From the IMG/VR virus record IMGVR_UViG_3300045988_062794: a DNA stretch of 64,000 nucleotides. One strand, written 5' to 3'. Position numbers and translations under genes: made by a program. The notes beneath the pieces are model-generated. The model saw only the letters and a program-made list of their open reading frames with translations. It was not told where the DNA came from and did not search any database. This stretch comes from a virus. Positions 42,388 to 55,800 of the stretch are shown piece by piece. The first letter of the stretch is position 1. Each line of letters begins with the position of its first letter.

Positions 42388-45300
42388 TTATCCACCAATA
42401 CGATTCTGTAAGTCTCGTAATTTTTCTCCTGGATTCTTCATATTATAATAAGCATTAAGCCAAGGAATAACTTTAATAAAGTCTCTTTGCCAGCCATACA
42501 GACCTTTAAAAGCTCCCTTTTTAATCTTCTTATATTTCCTTTCTTTAAAGTAAGACCAAGGACCAAATGCAGTACCTATATCTTCTACAGTTTGTAGTAA
42601 TGGAGATACTGAGTTAAATATATCAGCAATATCCATAACATTATATCTTGAACCTGATTCAAGTGAGATTTTCTTTAATTCAAGCATGAGAATATTTTGA
42701 TACCAATAGTCATCATCAGGTCCTGTACTACCTATCATACCTAAAGCATTAAATAGAGTAAGCCAGAATATATAAGTAAATACCTGAGCATTAAATCTCT
42801 TAGCATAAGTTTCAATTTGTTTCCTTGTATAACTTTCACTAACATTAAATTTATCTGATAACTCAGATATATCTCTTTCCTTATTTCTAAATGTAAGAGC
42901 TCTTATTGCTTTTATACCCCAGTTATTAGCTCCGTAAAGCCATCCATACCAATAAGCCATTGCTGTACCTATAGCAAGTTCCTTTGTTTGGTAATTCCAA
43001 TATGCTGGATTCCATGTATTTTCTATATTTTTCGGTAGAAAAGCACGGAACATCAGTATAGTAGAAAGTGCAGTATGTAAATGTACACCTGATTTATCAG
43101 CAGTTTCAACCATACCTTCTGCATGACTTGATATATTACCTAACTTATCACTTATCTCATTCTCTAACTCTTTAGTTACATACTTCTTATACTCTGGTTT
43201 TATCTTAACTCCGCCTTTCTTATCATATGCTGACCATAATGTAGTTTTAGTAGAATTATAGATAGCTCTCTTTTCTTCTATAGACTGTTCAGGAAAATGG
43301 TTATAAAGAAAATCATTCTCAGAAATAAAATGCTTATTACCATCTTCTAATTCGAGCAATCTATAGTTGTTATAGATCCCTCTCATAAACACAGAGTTAG
43401 GTAAGAAAGACATTAGTTTAAATGCAGAATATGGTTCTATAGTTCTTGTTATCATTCTACCAACTCTCCATCTATTGGTATTAGCCATATCTTCTTCCTG
43501 ATTAAACGATAACCCATTGTATTCAAGCATAGATACTAAATCACTGTCTCCCATATTCTTACCAAGCTGTCTTAAAGTTTTAAGAGTAAGCAATTCTTTA
43601 GCTAATTCAGCATTACCAAGAGTAAAATCACGGACATTCATATGCCTATTAATATAGGCATCAGCAGCATAAAAAGACCATGCAGAAACACCACCTGATA
43701 TAGCTGAACGTAAGTTCCAAGACAAACCTATATCTCTACCCCATGTAGCAAAGTGTCTAAAAATCTTATCTAATGAAATACGACTATTACCTATAGTAAT
43801 TTCAGGTAATGCGGTTCGTCTACCATATAAGTGATAAGAAATATACTTATGTATTACATTACTAAGATTAGAATTTGCGGCAGATACAGTATTTTGACTC
43901 TTTACTACCTTACCTTCTCTTTTAATAGTTTCATCTAACAAATTCAACTGAGGAGCTACTTTCTTTTTAGCTTCGTAGTTACAGCCCATTCTATAGTAAC
44001 GCATTACTGCTCCAACTAAATCATTAGTACCTACAGAAGGATCTGCTAACATAGTGGTATATTGAGTAGGCATAATATTAATTTCAGTACCATTAGGTCT
44101 TACTTTATTCTTTACACCATGTAATTCATCATCTGGAGTAATAGCAAAAGCATCTAACATATAATCTCTTACTCCGGTAACTAAACCTTTACCACTTATG
44201 TAGTTCCATATAGTACCAGGTATCTGTGGTAACTTGTAATCATTACGATAATTAGTATGAGTTAATTTAGCATTAGTTTCTCCTATGGTATCTATTAAAG
44301 CCTGTCTAAGCTTAGATAAATTAGTGTTTCTCATAACAGCATTGTAATCTTTTCTGTTATCATATAACTCTAATTTAGGCTGTTCAGCTTCAGGTATAGT
44401 AGGATCATAATTAGGATTATAGAAAGCAGATTCTTCAGATGTCTCAGCCCAATTATTATTAGGTACTCTATGCATGTACTTATCATTTATTGGCTTTACT
44501 GTGGTCATATAAGAGAAGTAATGCTTGACACCTTTATCATCTACCCATATATCATCAGGAGATACTGCATCTTTACCACCATTATCTTTAGCTATATCAC
44601 TAAGTTCAGACTTAAACAGTCTTCTACCACCACCTAACTTACCTGATTTACGACGGATTCTATACATAGCTATATCAAGTTCTCTAATCTTCTCTTTTAC
44701 TTCTTGTGGCATACGAACATAATCTACTTCGTATCTATCGGTTCTGTAAAGTTTTAAGAGATTAGTTCTTGCTTGATATAGTCTGTCATATATCTCTCCG
44801 TAATCTTTCTTATTCTGTTTAGATACAAGAGCTTCAAATTCTGGAGTATATTCCCATCTCGTATTTCTTTCTAACCAAGCCTCATAGATAGTGTACCTAC
44901 CATCAGGAGTATATCCTTCTATTTCTCTCATTTTTTCCATCTCAGCCATGAAAGCAGCCATATTAGCCTTTGATTTAAGCCCTTTACGGAGCTTTTCATA
45001 AGCTTCTGTAAGTTCCATAGCTATCTTATACTCTACGCTATCTTCTGGCTTTATTTCGCCTGTAAGAGCATCATATGGGTTAGCTAAATTCCTTTTCTTT
45101 TCAAGTAATCTTTGATATTTATCATAATCATCTTGAGACATATTTTCGAATCTAGGTTTCTTAGTAACATTATCTAAATAAGGCTTAAGTAAGTTATCAA
45201 TATCTATATTTACTTCGGATAATGCTTGATTAGCTTCTATGCTAAGATTAGCAAATATATCGTAGAACTCAGGAGTATATTTTCTTTCAGCATGTTTAGA

Positions 45301-48300
45301 TTTCCAGTCATTATACGCTCTCTGATATTCTAACCATAGATTTTGATCAAGTTTCAACTCATCTACACTAGCTAATTTATGGTCTTTTAACCATTTCTTA
45401 CGCCAATTATACTTATCATTTTGATATTCACCATACTTTCTATCTCTAATGATATAACCTGTTTTTTTACCTTTAGAGTTTCTTTCAAACAGCAATAGGT
45501 GATCTCTTGTAGCAGCAGCTAAACCCATAAGTTCAGCATACTTGTGATATACTTTCTTATGAACTTCATTGTTTACATCACCTATAACCTTTCTAACAGA
45601 AGAAATAACAACATTATTTGTACTATTTGGTAAACCTGCATACTTATGATAAGCCGAGATATCAGAATCAAAACTTAACCAGTTCATTAGTGCACTTTCT
45701 ATACGAGGATCGTTCGCTTCTTCCATTTCACCTTTTAAGAAGTTAGTAAGAGTTCTAATAACTGTGTTTTTATACTTCCAACCAATATTATTTCTACTAT
45801 CCATCTTAATTGAACTGAACTCAGCTCTTAAAGCATTTAAAGTCTGTCTAATATCATTAAATACATTAGTACCAAGTAGTGATTCGTATATAGCATCATT
45901 AAACTCCTGTGAGAATACTGTCTCATATAGATTATTCAAGTTAGCTTCATGAGGATATAAATATTCAGCACCAAAGTTATCTAGTGCTACTCTATACTTA
46001 TTAGTAGTTGCTTCATCACCCATCGTCTTAGCGTTCTCAATCTTCTCATTAATATTATCAAGAACTTTTTCTGCTTCAGCTAATGAGTCTATTACACTAT
46101 TCATATACTCAATACTACCATTAAGCACATCAAGCATACTATTAGGATCAGTAATATTCTTTACAGTATTAGAAAGATTATTTAATCTATTGAAAACACT
46201 TGTATTTCTAACAGTTTCTCTTCTATCAAATGAATCATCAATAGGGTTATACTGCATAGATTGAGTACGTATTTCTAATGTCTTTACTATAGAGTCAAAA
46301 GTAGACATTAACTTAGTAGCAGCAATCTCTTCACGTTTACTTGCAGCAGGTAATGCTAAAGGTATGTAATCATCAGTATTTTCATTATGCTCTAATGTCT
46401 GATAAGCATTATATTCAATTACATTCTCTACTATCCTGTTTATAAGATTCTCATGAGTAGTATTCTTACCAAACAATCTCTTAAACCAATCCATTAACCT
46501 TTGTAGTATAGTCTTTTTACCAGTAGATGCAGGGAAATCCTGCATATTGTGGATTACTTCAGGATTAGAAAACAGCTCAGCTGCAAACTCATATACATTT
46601 TTACTAGCATGGTCTTCATGAGTAGCTGCATACTCTTTCTGTATAGCTCTAAGTTCATTAGCTGCTTCTGTATCTGCTGCTAAAGAATCTAGAGTAATCG
46701 CATGAGCTATTTCATGTAGTAATACATTCTCTAATGAACCATATCTACTAAAATCACCAGTAGTATTTACTACAATCTTATTTGTATTTCTATCGTATAT
46801 AGCAGGTGTCCAATAAGTAGCTTCAGGATATATCTCATTTAATGGTCTATCTGTATATTCAATAGATACAGGTTGCATGTTTATTTTATTAGCAACATCC
46901 CTAAGTACAGTAGCCATTTTAGATCTAGAGTTATCTAATAAATCCTTACTATTAGAAATAACTTTTGTTATTACTTGATTATTTGTATAGTTATCACTAT
47001 TGTATTCCCTATTAGGATTGTATTTAATCGTATTATTCTTATGTAAGTCAGATTGAAAGTCTATAATCTTATACATTAATGGTTCAATCTGATTATATAG
47101 ATTCTTCTCTTTATTAAAGAATGAAGCAAAGAACTTAGTTATAGCCTCTACTACAGATTTAAAGATATTCTTTTCTTTTATTTCTGTCTCTCCGATTGCT
47201 GGTATCTCTTTTAATAACATCTGAAAAGCAGGATTACTAAAAAATTCAGCAATAAATTCTTGAGGGTTAGTAAAACCATAATTTAACGAATCTTGCATTA
47301 ATGTTCCAAATATTTTTGGAATCTCAAAATACTTATTACAATGGTCTATGATAGCAATTATATCAGATACAAATTCATTATTACCGTATTCATCTCTTCC
47401 GGCTAATGCTATAGAACTAAAAGCATGTACAATTTCGTGTAGCAAAGTTCTATAACCAAAAGATTCTTTATTTATAGTTATCTTAGCAGTGTATTCGTTT
47501 GTTTCTGGATCAATTTTAAAGGAAGTATTACCAACCGCTTTAGTTAAAGCAAAAGAATCTTCTGAGTTATAATCAATCTCTATTAATATATCTTCATAAT
47601 AAGGTATTTCCTGCAAATGTCTTATAAAAGGAGCGTATTCAGGCAACTCTTTAGATAATAGTTCTAATGCTTGTTTGATGTTAGTAACATTAGATATTTT
47701 TTGCATTTGTTCATTAGCATTTCTAGTATCCAACTCAGATTGTCCTTTTGCTAAATCCTCTAACAAATTATATGTACCTTGTAGTTTTGGAGCTTTCTTA
47801 GACAAAAGTGATGTTCTATATAAGTATTCATCTAATACTTTTAGTTTCATGTCTTCAAAACCACGGTCATACTCTTCAACAAACATCTTGATTGTATCTA
47901 AATGATACTTTCTTGCAGCTAATTTTAATTGAGTTAATTTTAAATTAGAAATAAATGTATTTAATTCCTTATTATATTTTATCTTTTGATAAGCATTGTA
48001 TTGTTTTAAGCTCTTTGCTCGTGTTATTACAGGTAATTCTGTTGCTTCCCTATACACAGGCATGTTAAATAGACGATCCTGTACTTCTTTAGAATAGTCT
48101 GAAAGTTTATTGTATCCTTTGTTAATGTTATTAACTGCTGCTATTAAAGAGTCAACAGGTATCAACAGTCTATCTAATTTGTCTATTTCCTCATTTAATA
48201 GAGTTAGATAGCGACTCTCAGAAAGATTATTTAATTCTCTTAATGTACTATCTGTTGTAGAGTAATCCGCATCATATATGTATATACCTAGAATTTCTTG

Positions 48301-49833
48301 CATTATAGCATCTAGGTTAGTTTCACGTAACTTTGAATTACTCGATAGTTTACTACGTCTTTTACGTAATTCAGTTTCATTCTCAGCTTTCTCTACAGTT
48401 TTAGTTCTTAGCTTAACATAGGAATTATAGAAATTTTCTAATCTAGTCTCTCTATTTACTATTTTCTGATTATATATATTATTATCCTGAGTAGAGAATG
48501 TACCTTGATTATCTATTGATTTAATTTGATTTGGATCAAGAACTACGATTTGATCGGCATTAAATCTTTTGAGTGTACCAAGAAATGTTTTACCACTGTC
48601 TGTTAAATGTTGAAGATATGCTCCATCTTTATTTAAGAGTCTAGCTAACTTAATTAATGCATTAGCATTATAAAATGCATATTTGCTGTCTTTATTTTTA
48701 CCAAAAATCTCTTTGATAGATTGTAATAAGGTTGGTTGATATTTTGGACGAACCACACTTCTTAAAGTGTCTTCGTCAATATTTAATATTTTTGAAACTT
48801 CTTTAAAACTAATTTCATTCCAAGCAACACCATTACCATCAAACTCTAACGGATCTTTAATTGATAAAAATACAGGCATTATATTATTTTTGACAGTATA
48901 ACCTTTAGCAAATTTTTTATTTGAAGTAAAATATGCACCATCTTTAAACCCATTGTATGATTCATAGTCAATTTGAAATGTATCAAAGGAAGCATCTGTT
49001 CCATGATACACCACTAAAGGTTCACCATTCTCGTCTACTACTTTGGATACACCAATATATTTATTTAAATAATCTTCAAAATGTTGATTTTCATTTAAAT
49101 ACTCTATTGGAATGTTAGTAATGTTTAAAATAGTATTATTTATCCCTTCTTTCCATAATTTAGATTCTCTTTCTTTCCCACCTCTTTCAATATTTCTTTT
49201 TACAAAATCTTCGTCTTTTAAATTTATAATTCTGTCGAAGTCTTGTGGAAACATTTTAAGCAAATTATGTGGAGAAGCAAATAATATTTTACCTTCTTTT
49301 TTAGTTTTACTTTTTACTCTTTCCCATTCTTCTGTAAGAAACTCTACATAATCTGGATGGTTTTCTGGATAAATTAAATACTCATTTCTAGCTTTTTTAT
49401 ATTCTGGAGTTCCTTTAACAGTATTTGAATGGTCTTCAATCCATTTGTCTCGTTTTTCATTGAACTCTACATCCCAATCGATGATTTTATCTTTATATTT
49501 ACCAGATTCCAATGAGTATGTTTTACCAATTGCAGGGTGACCAAAAACGATATCACCAGGTTTTAATGGATTAACCCAATCCCCAAACCAGTCTTTAAAG
49601 CTCTCAGAGTAAGTTCTAGCCTTAGCTTGAATAGCAGCTACTCTATCACCATTATAATGCTCTAAAAGGTCTGAAAATAGCTTAGATGGCTCCCCATTGG
49701 GAGCCTTATCTATGCCATTACCATTGTTAAGCGACCATATATGATAAGCCGCTGCTTCACTTGTTGCATTTTTTAATTCTTCGAATTCTCTTGCAACTTC
49801 TTCGTTTTTTAAATTAGGACAAATTATACTCAT
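42388..49833 (-). CDS. giant multi-domain virion protein (2481 aa): N-terminal P-loop, YHGT module, two tandem HExxH zincin modules, hydrophobic C-terminal region
   Basis: GHPAIGKT at aa 98-105 (49519-49542). VVYHGTDASFDTF at aa ~274 (YHGT 48997-49008). HEIVH aa 799-803 (47425-47439). HEIAH aa 1040-1044 (46702-46716). Each HExxH is followed by EFxAExFSNP. Confidence 0.8.
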   Translation of the reverse strand: MSIICPNLKNEEVAREFEELKNATSEAAAYHIWSLNNGNGIDKAPNGEPSKLFSDLLEHYNGDRVAAIQAKARTYSESFKDWFGDWVNPLKPGDIVFGHPAIGKTYSLESGKYKDKIIDWDVEFNEKRDKWIEDHSNTVKGTPEYKKARNEYLIYPENHPDYVEFLTEEWERVKSKTKKEGKILFASPHNLLKMFPQDFDRIINLKDEDFVKRNIERGGKERESKLWKEGINNTILNITNIPIEYLNENQHFEDYLNKYIGVSKVVDENGEPLVVYHGTDASFDTFQIDYESYNGFKDGAYFTSNKKFAKGYTVKNNIMPVFLSIKDPLEFDGNGVAWNEISFKEVSKILNIDEDTLRSVVRPKYQPTLLQSIKEIFGKNKDSKYAFYNANALIKLARLLNKDGAYLQHLTDSGKTFLGTLKRFNADQIVVLDPNQIKSIDNQGTFSTQDNNIYNQKIVNRETRLENFYNSYVKLRTKTVEKAENETELRKRRSKLSSNSKLRETNLDAIMQEILGIYIYDADYSTTDSTLRELNNLSESRYLTLLNEEIDKLDRLLIPVDSLIAAVNNINKGYNKLSDYSKEVQDRLFNMPVYREATELPVITRAKSLKQYNAYQKIKYNKELNTFISNLKLTQLKLAARKYHLDTIKMFVEEYDRGFEDMKLKVLDEYLYRTSLLSKKAPKLQGTYNLLEDLAKGQSELDTRNANEQMQKISNVTNIKQALELLSKELPEYAPFIRHLQEIPYYEDILIEIDYNSEDSFALTKAVGNTSFKIDPETNEYTAKITINKESFGYRTLLHEIVHAFSSIALAGRDEYGNNEFVSDIIAIIDHCNKYFEIPKIFGTLMQDSLNYGFTNPQEFIAEFFSNPAFQMLLKEIPAIGETEIKEKNIFKSVVEAITKFFASFFNKEKNLYNQIEPLMYKIIDFQSDLHKNNTIKYNPNREYNSDNYTNNQVITKVISNSKDLLDNSRSKMATVLRDVANKINMQPVSIEYTDRPLNEIYPEATYWTPAIYDRNTNKIVVNTTGDFSRYGSLENVLLHEIAHAITLDSLAADTEAANELRAIQKEYAATHEDHASKNVYEFAAELFSNPEVIHNMQDFPASTGKKTILQRLMDWFKRLFGKNTTHENLINRIVENVIEYNAYQTLEHNENTDDYIPLALPAASKREEIAATKLMSTFDSIVKTLEIRTQSMQYNPIDDSFDRRETVRNTSVFNRLNNLSNTVKNITDPNSMLDVLNGSIEYMNSVIDSLAEAEKVLDNINEKIENAKTMGDEATTNKYRVALDNFGAEYLYPHEANLNNLYETVFSQEFNDAIYESLLGTNVFNDIRQTLNALRAEFSSIKMDSRNNIGWKYKNTVIRTLTNFLKGEMEEANDPRIESALMNWLSFDSDISAYHKYAGLPNSTNNVVISSVRKVIGDVNNEVHKKVYHKYAELMGLAAATRDHLLLFERNSKGKKTGYIIRDRKYGEYQNDKYNWRKKWLKDHKLASVDELKLDQNLWLEYQRAYNDWKSKHAERKYTPEFYDIFANLSIEANQALSEVNIDIDNLLKPYLDNVTKKPRFENMSQDDYDKYQRLLEKKRNLANPYDALTGEIKPEDSVEYKIAMELTEAYEKLRKGLKSKANMAAFMAEMEKMREIEGYTPDGRYTIYEAWLERNTRWEYTPEFEALVSKQNKKDYGEIYDRLYQARTNLLKLYRTDRYEVDYVRMPQEVKEKIRELDIAMYRIRRKSGKLGGGRRLFKSELSDIAKDNGGKDAVSPDDIWVDDKGVKHYFSYMTTVKPINDKYMHRVPNNNWAETSEESAFYNPNYDPTIPEAEQPKLELYDNRKDYNAVMRNTNLSKLRQALIDTIGETNAKLTHTNYRNDYKLPQIPGTIWNYISGKGLVTGVRDYMLDAFAITPDDELHGVKNKVRPNGTEINIMPTQYTTMLADPSVGTNDLVGAVMRYYRMGCNYEAKKKVAPQLNLLDETIKREGKVVKSQNTVSAANSNLSNVIHKYISYHLYGRRTALPEITIGNSRISLDKIFRHFATWGRDIGLSWNLRSAISGGVSAWSFYAADAYINRHMNVRDFTLGNAELAKELLTLKTLRQLGKNMGDSDLVSMLEYNGLSFNQEEDMANTNRWRVGRMITRTIEPYSAFKLMSFLPNSVFMRGIYNNYRLLELEDGNKHFISENDFLYNHFPEQSIEEKRAIYNSTKTTLWSAYDKKGGVKIKPEYKKYVTKELENEISDKLGNISSHAEGMVETADKSGVHLHTALSTILMFRAFLPKNIENTWNPAYWNYQTKELAIGTAMAYWYGWLYGANNWGIKAIRALTFRNKERDISELSDKFNVSESYTRKQIETYAKRFNAQVFTYIFWLTLFNALGMIGSTGPDDDYWYQNILMLELKKISLESGSRYNVMDIADIFNSVSPLLQTVEDIGTAFGPWSYFKERKYKKIKKGAFKGLYGWQRDFIKVIPWLNAYYNMKNPGEKLRDLQNRIGG

Positions 49834-49839
49834 ATATGA

Positions 49840-52800
49840 TTAACTTTTAATACAATGATTCATTTCATCAGTAGGAAATTCATTTTTATCATTAAAATCA
49901 CTAGTAGTTTCTGTAGATTGTCCCTCTGTAGTAGGTCTAACTTCAGATGCTTGTTCTACTTCACCATCTTCACTCATTTCCTCATTCAATTGATATCTAA
50001 TATCATTATTATTACCATCAAGACCAAACATATAATCTATACTACTTGCTGGATGGAATACACCATCTAACCCAGCTTTAGTAACATCATTGGTTTGAGA
50101 ATTAAGTTTAGGTATAACATTGTTGTTAATCAGTTCTGGTACATCTTCTAAGAAATTACCACCATAATTTGAATAACTAGGAGCAACATTGTTGCCAGGT
50201 ATTATAGAGTATCTTGATGCTGTTTCACCAACTACCCATTTACTTAAATATTCTGTTACCATACCTTTACCACCTTCTCTGTACCCTTTCTTATTAACAA
50301 GTATGTATACAGGCTTTTCAATAATCTGTTTGCCATCATCCTTTACAAAAGTACCGATATACTTATATAAATCAAAATTACCAGTAGACCTATTATTTCT
50401 TACCTTAACATAAGGATGATAAATAGATATGCCTTCTAAATTCTTACATAAAGCTCGTTTATCAGAACCTTTAAAGGCAACATTGGTTAACTTGCCTCTA
50501 ACAACAGCAGTAAGTTTATATATACCTTTCCTTGTTAAATTTACAGTAGGTACTAATGTATCATTCTGCCAGTTATTACGATAGATTTCATCTATATCTT
50601 CCTTAGTAAATAAGAGATCAAAATCTACAGTATCATCTTCTATATTGCGTACTGCATCAAAGTAACCTATTTCTTCTAAAGCTCTTTGCGGAATAAAGTC
50701 AAATAGTGAATTAAGATGTTTAATACCTGTACCACTAAACACTGCATAACGAATTAAATCATATGCAAAATCGTGTAATTCTGGCACATTACTATCTAAT
50801 AACTCTTGCCAGTATTCACGTATTTGTCTACTTGCATTAGAATTAATATCATCAGAATAGTCAAGGCGAATATAATCTATACCTTTATTAGTGGTATCTG
50901 TAACACCTGTTATACTGTTAAGGAATAGATTACTGATTCTACCATTAGTAACAGATATCATAGGATACTTATTACCATTATTAGCTTTATCAGCAAGTAT
51001 ATCCTTTTTCAGTCTATTTAATCTCTTAGCTATACTATCTGTACCAATAAACAGTCTATTAAGCTCTCTCATACTATTAATAAGTGGACTAGAAGAGTCA
51101 GCATATAAAGCTGTTGATCTCCAGAAAGAGTCTATAGCATTGGTAATAGCAGTAATGGCTTGTTTATTAGATATAGTTGCTAATCCACTTGCATTAACAA
51201 AAGACCTAAACTTATTATAATATTTATCTTTACTCTGGATATTTATATTACCTAATAGATTTAAAGTAAATATAATACTATTGTCAATCTTCTTTTGTAA
51301 GAAGGTATCTTTATAGAATTTGTCTATCATTTCTGGAGTAAAGTAAGGAGATGACTGTACATCAGCTATTTTATCTAAGAATTGACGCATTTCTATAGCA
51401 TTTTTACCAAACTTCTTAGTATCAACCTGTGATGCTTTAACGAGATCTGATAAGGCTCTAGCCATAGGATCTATCTGTTTATACATCTTATATACAAGAA
51501 GTTGTCCATAGTAATAGTCAAAATCTTTTTCTTTCTCATTAGCTTTACGCAATAGATTCTCAAGATAACCTAACTTACCAGCTTCAGGTATTTCAAATAA
51601 TTCATCACAACTAAGTTTATCATTATTTAAAAGATTTGTTATAGCATCTCTCTGAATTTTATTAGTAGCCGCTTGATTAGCTTTCTTAGTAAACTCTTCA
51701 AGAATAGCTTTCTCTTTCTCATTATACCTACTCTGGAATGATTTAGTAGAATCAATAGCATAAGTACCTTTACTCTGAATGTAATCTTGTGCCATGCGTT
51801 TCATTATCTCTTGAGATACAAAATACATAGTGTTCTTACCAGCACCGCTTCTTAGCAATAAATTAGTAACATTATAAGTAAATGTATTTACATTCAGTTT
51901 AATAATGTAGTTATCTTTAGCAACGTCTACGTGAGCACTAATCAATGCAGACAACCAGTCAAGAATATGAATATCGTCTACACCAGATACTCTATGTAAA
52001 TTACCAAATTTAGGCATATACTCTGGTGCTTGCATTACTAACTCTACCAACTGACCTAATACATGATGAGGGTTATTCAAAGCAAAAGGACCAATACCTG
52101 ATTTACTATCAGCAAAGTCTTGTTTTAAATTATCCTGATATGCTTCTGTATATTCAAATAGAGCTTGATTATTCTTAACATCTAGGAAATATACTTCTAC
52201 AATACCTTTCTTCATGATATTTACAGGTACGTCAAGAGGTCTAGTAGTATCGTGTACATTCTTAGGATCGAGTAATGAAGCCATAAATGTATCAATAAGT
52301 AGATTCTCTACTGCTCCTTGACTATTCTCTGACATAGGTTTATCAAAGTTATATTCAGTTTTAGCAGTTACATACTCATATACTTTGTAGTTACCATCTG
52401 TATTGTCGTAACGTACATTGGAATTCTTACTTTTTAAGTATTCATTTATAGCTTCAGAAGCCTTCATTGAGTTTCTCCTTGTAACAGGTTCTCCATTACG
52501 AATAGCTAATACTTCATCTGCCCAAGCGTCATACCCTTTTAAAGCATTTTCTCTTTCAGCATTAGTAGCATTTCTACCAAGCTTGTTAGAACGTTTTGTA
52601 GTATAGTTATAACGGGTTAAGAACAGTTTATCAATATCGAAGTCAGAACCAGTTCTTGCAGTAAATTCATCAGGTAGTATTATAATATCTCCTGCTTGAG
52701 ACATTACTACATCCCTAATAGTAAGAGCAGCAATAGAAGACATACCCTGTGTTGGCACACGATAAGCCATACTTGAAGGTGAAGCATTATCGCCGATAAT

Positions 52801-55800
52801 ATGGTTATCAATTAACCACTGTCTAGCTTCTAAGAATGACATATTGTCATAACCAGGTATAATGTGCTTAAGTAAATTAATACTAATTACACAGTCCATA
52901 GAATTATTTTCATTCTTAAGCATTAGCTTACGACCTTCATTTACCATGTACTTACTATAGTCTTGTTTAGCTTCTGCTTGACTAAGCTTGTCTATAGATT
53001 TCATACCAAATGAAGACATCTGTACAAATGTACCACCAGGTAAATTAATATCTACAGTCTCTTTATTTACTTTGGATATTAACTTAGTTACAAGTTGTTT
53101 TGATAATGGTGATGCTGAAATAGGTACATTAAACTCGCCTCTTTCATTCAATGCAACTTGATTTACTATATCAGAATCAGTATTACTTGCAATTAAGTCT
53201 CTTACAAGCGAATCTGAGATACCTTGTAAGTCTTTGAAGGTAAACGTACCATCTTCATTTTTAACTGCGTGTAAATCCTTTAAAAGCCTATTTAAACCTC
53301 TATCTGATAAGTCATCAATAGCTCTCATAGCATAATCACGTAATTCACGACCAGATAGCTTCTTACCATTTGGTAAATAATAATCACCATCAAGTCTGAT
53401 GTTAGAATATACAGTTTTCATAGCCTGTGTTACCAACATACGCTTTTCTGCTTCGTGAGCTTCAATAGGCATCTGATTTAATAAGTTACCAAAGCTCTGT
53501 TGTCTAAAAGTAATGGGTTTGTTATAAGAACCGTTTTCATCCTTAGTAAATTCTTCGGATATTTGAGACTGAGAAGTATCTGTATAGAAATCATATTCAA
53601 CAATATTACCTACTTTTACTGCTGATTTAGTAGTAAACATATCAATAGGATTGGTAGTATCATTCATTCTATCATACAGAGCTTTTAAGTCTCCAGTTGC
53701 TAATACTTTAAACAGAGGGAAGATAGCCATCTTATTAAAGATAGGCATATTTATGAATTCACCTTGTAATGGTTCAAGTATTTCATTACCAAAGTAAACC
53801 ATCTTCTTTGGTGACATTACTGCTGCTAGGGTATTTATATATTTACGTACATCACCAAGATCATCAGCATGTTCTTCTACATAATCAATAGCAGCTTCAG
53901 TTTCAGCATCTAATAATCCTTGTGTAGCAAGAATAGCTTTATACATAGTAGGAGAACAATATACAGAAGCATCTGCTTGGTTAATAGGATTGTCTTCTGT
54001 ATTTATAGTAATATTACCCTCTTTATCCATAGTAATATCACCATATAGTTTTAAATCTCGCTCTGTACTAGTTTTAGCTTTATCTTTAATAGCCTGAGGT
54101 ATATCTTCATGACTAAATAAATCATCAGATTCAAATACATTGTCTATGAATTCTTTAGTATAATTACCATCATTTTCCATAAGTTCTCTTACATAAGCTC
54201 TGTAAATAGCTTTGTAAAGTTCTTTAGGTTGATTAGTGTGTGTTTCGATATCTTTCAGACCAGCCACATTGTATCTGCCATTCTTATACCTAGGTATTTT
54301 ATTCATAATGTGATTTGGATCTGTAAAGTCCAATCTAGGTCTATCACCAGTTGATAGCGTACCAGCAAGACGTTTAGATACATCAGGATAGTTCTTAAAG
54401 AATGCTACATCTTTGTATATTACTTTTTCTGTTTCAAACATTGAAACAAAATGATTAACAGTAAATGTCCAAATAGCATCCATAATAGCAAGATTCTCTC
54501 TTAACATTTTATTCTGAGAACCTGATAACTGAGCATATGTATTAGCATAGTTATTACTTCTTTCATTTATAGATGAAACAGGTAAAAACTTATTAGACCA
54601 TAAGCCTGATTTCTTTTGTTCAATCAAACCTAATTTCTGTACATACATTAACTGTTCATGAGCTCTGTGAATAAGAGTGGTATTAATGTCTTCTTTCAAT
54701 TGAGCAACATTATTGAAAGTATCCATTAACTCCTGATCACTTAAACTATTAAAGTCTATATAGTTAGTATTACCGTTTTCATCAGTATGCCATACTCCAC
54801 GAGCAATACGGAACTTACCACCTTTACCAGTATCCTTTCCTTTCTTACCAAAGTACATAGTAGGTCTATTAGCATCGTCTATTTGGTCTTCTGCTAATTT
54901 CATTCTACGATACTGTAGTATAGCATCATATTCACTCTTATAATACTTATAGAACTGCTCTATTACATCTTTAGACATCCTAATACTGAGTTCACCATCC
55001 AAAGGTACAATCTCCATTGTACGGTCTTTAAACAGTCTAAGACCTTGTATAGGCATATATGTCTTTTTGTCAGACATAGTAGGAAGTACCAATATATCAT
55101 TCTCAGATAATGTAAATTTAGAAATGAATGTTTCTACTTTAGGAGCAGATTGATAATCTGTACCTGTGTTACCAGAGTTATATTCGGTAATGTTAAGTAA
55201 TGTACCTACAGTAAGACGAGTATTAGGGTTACTCTTTAACTGATTATACACTATAGAAGAACTATTGATAGGACACTTTAACAGTTTATTAACGTAAGAT
55301 CTATCGTTATTCAATTTCTTTATTTCTAGAGTAATATAGTTATGTTTAGATAGAGGATAAACTGTAGTATTTTTTGGACCTAATACCTTTTCTTCAAGGT
55401 TATTGTTATTCAATTGATAATGTACAATAGCTAAGTTAAGTATGCTATTTTCCCCAGTAAATATAGCATCAGCAGTACGTTTAATACGGTCAGATGGTTT
55501 ATCTTTTACTGGTCTACGTAATATTTCAGGTATAGCTTTAGCTAAACTACCATCTCTATTACTTGTTAATAAGTCTTTAGCTGCCTGTAATATAGTAGGC
55601 TTGTTAACAGAATTGATAGCTGATACTTTATCTACAATTGCTTGGAACAAAGTATCATAAGTAATAGATATACCTATTTTATTATAAATATCTAGTAATT
55701 TATATAATGCCTGACTAAGATCTTCATTAGTAGATGAATCTGTCAACTTAGCTAATTCATTTGTAGCTTTAGTGAGTTCATCTCTTAATTCTTTAAGTTT

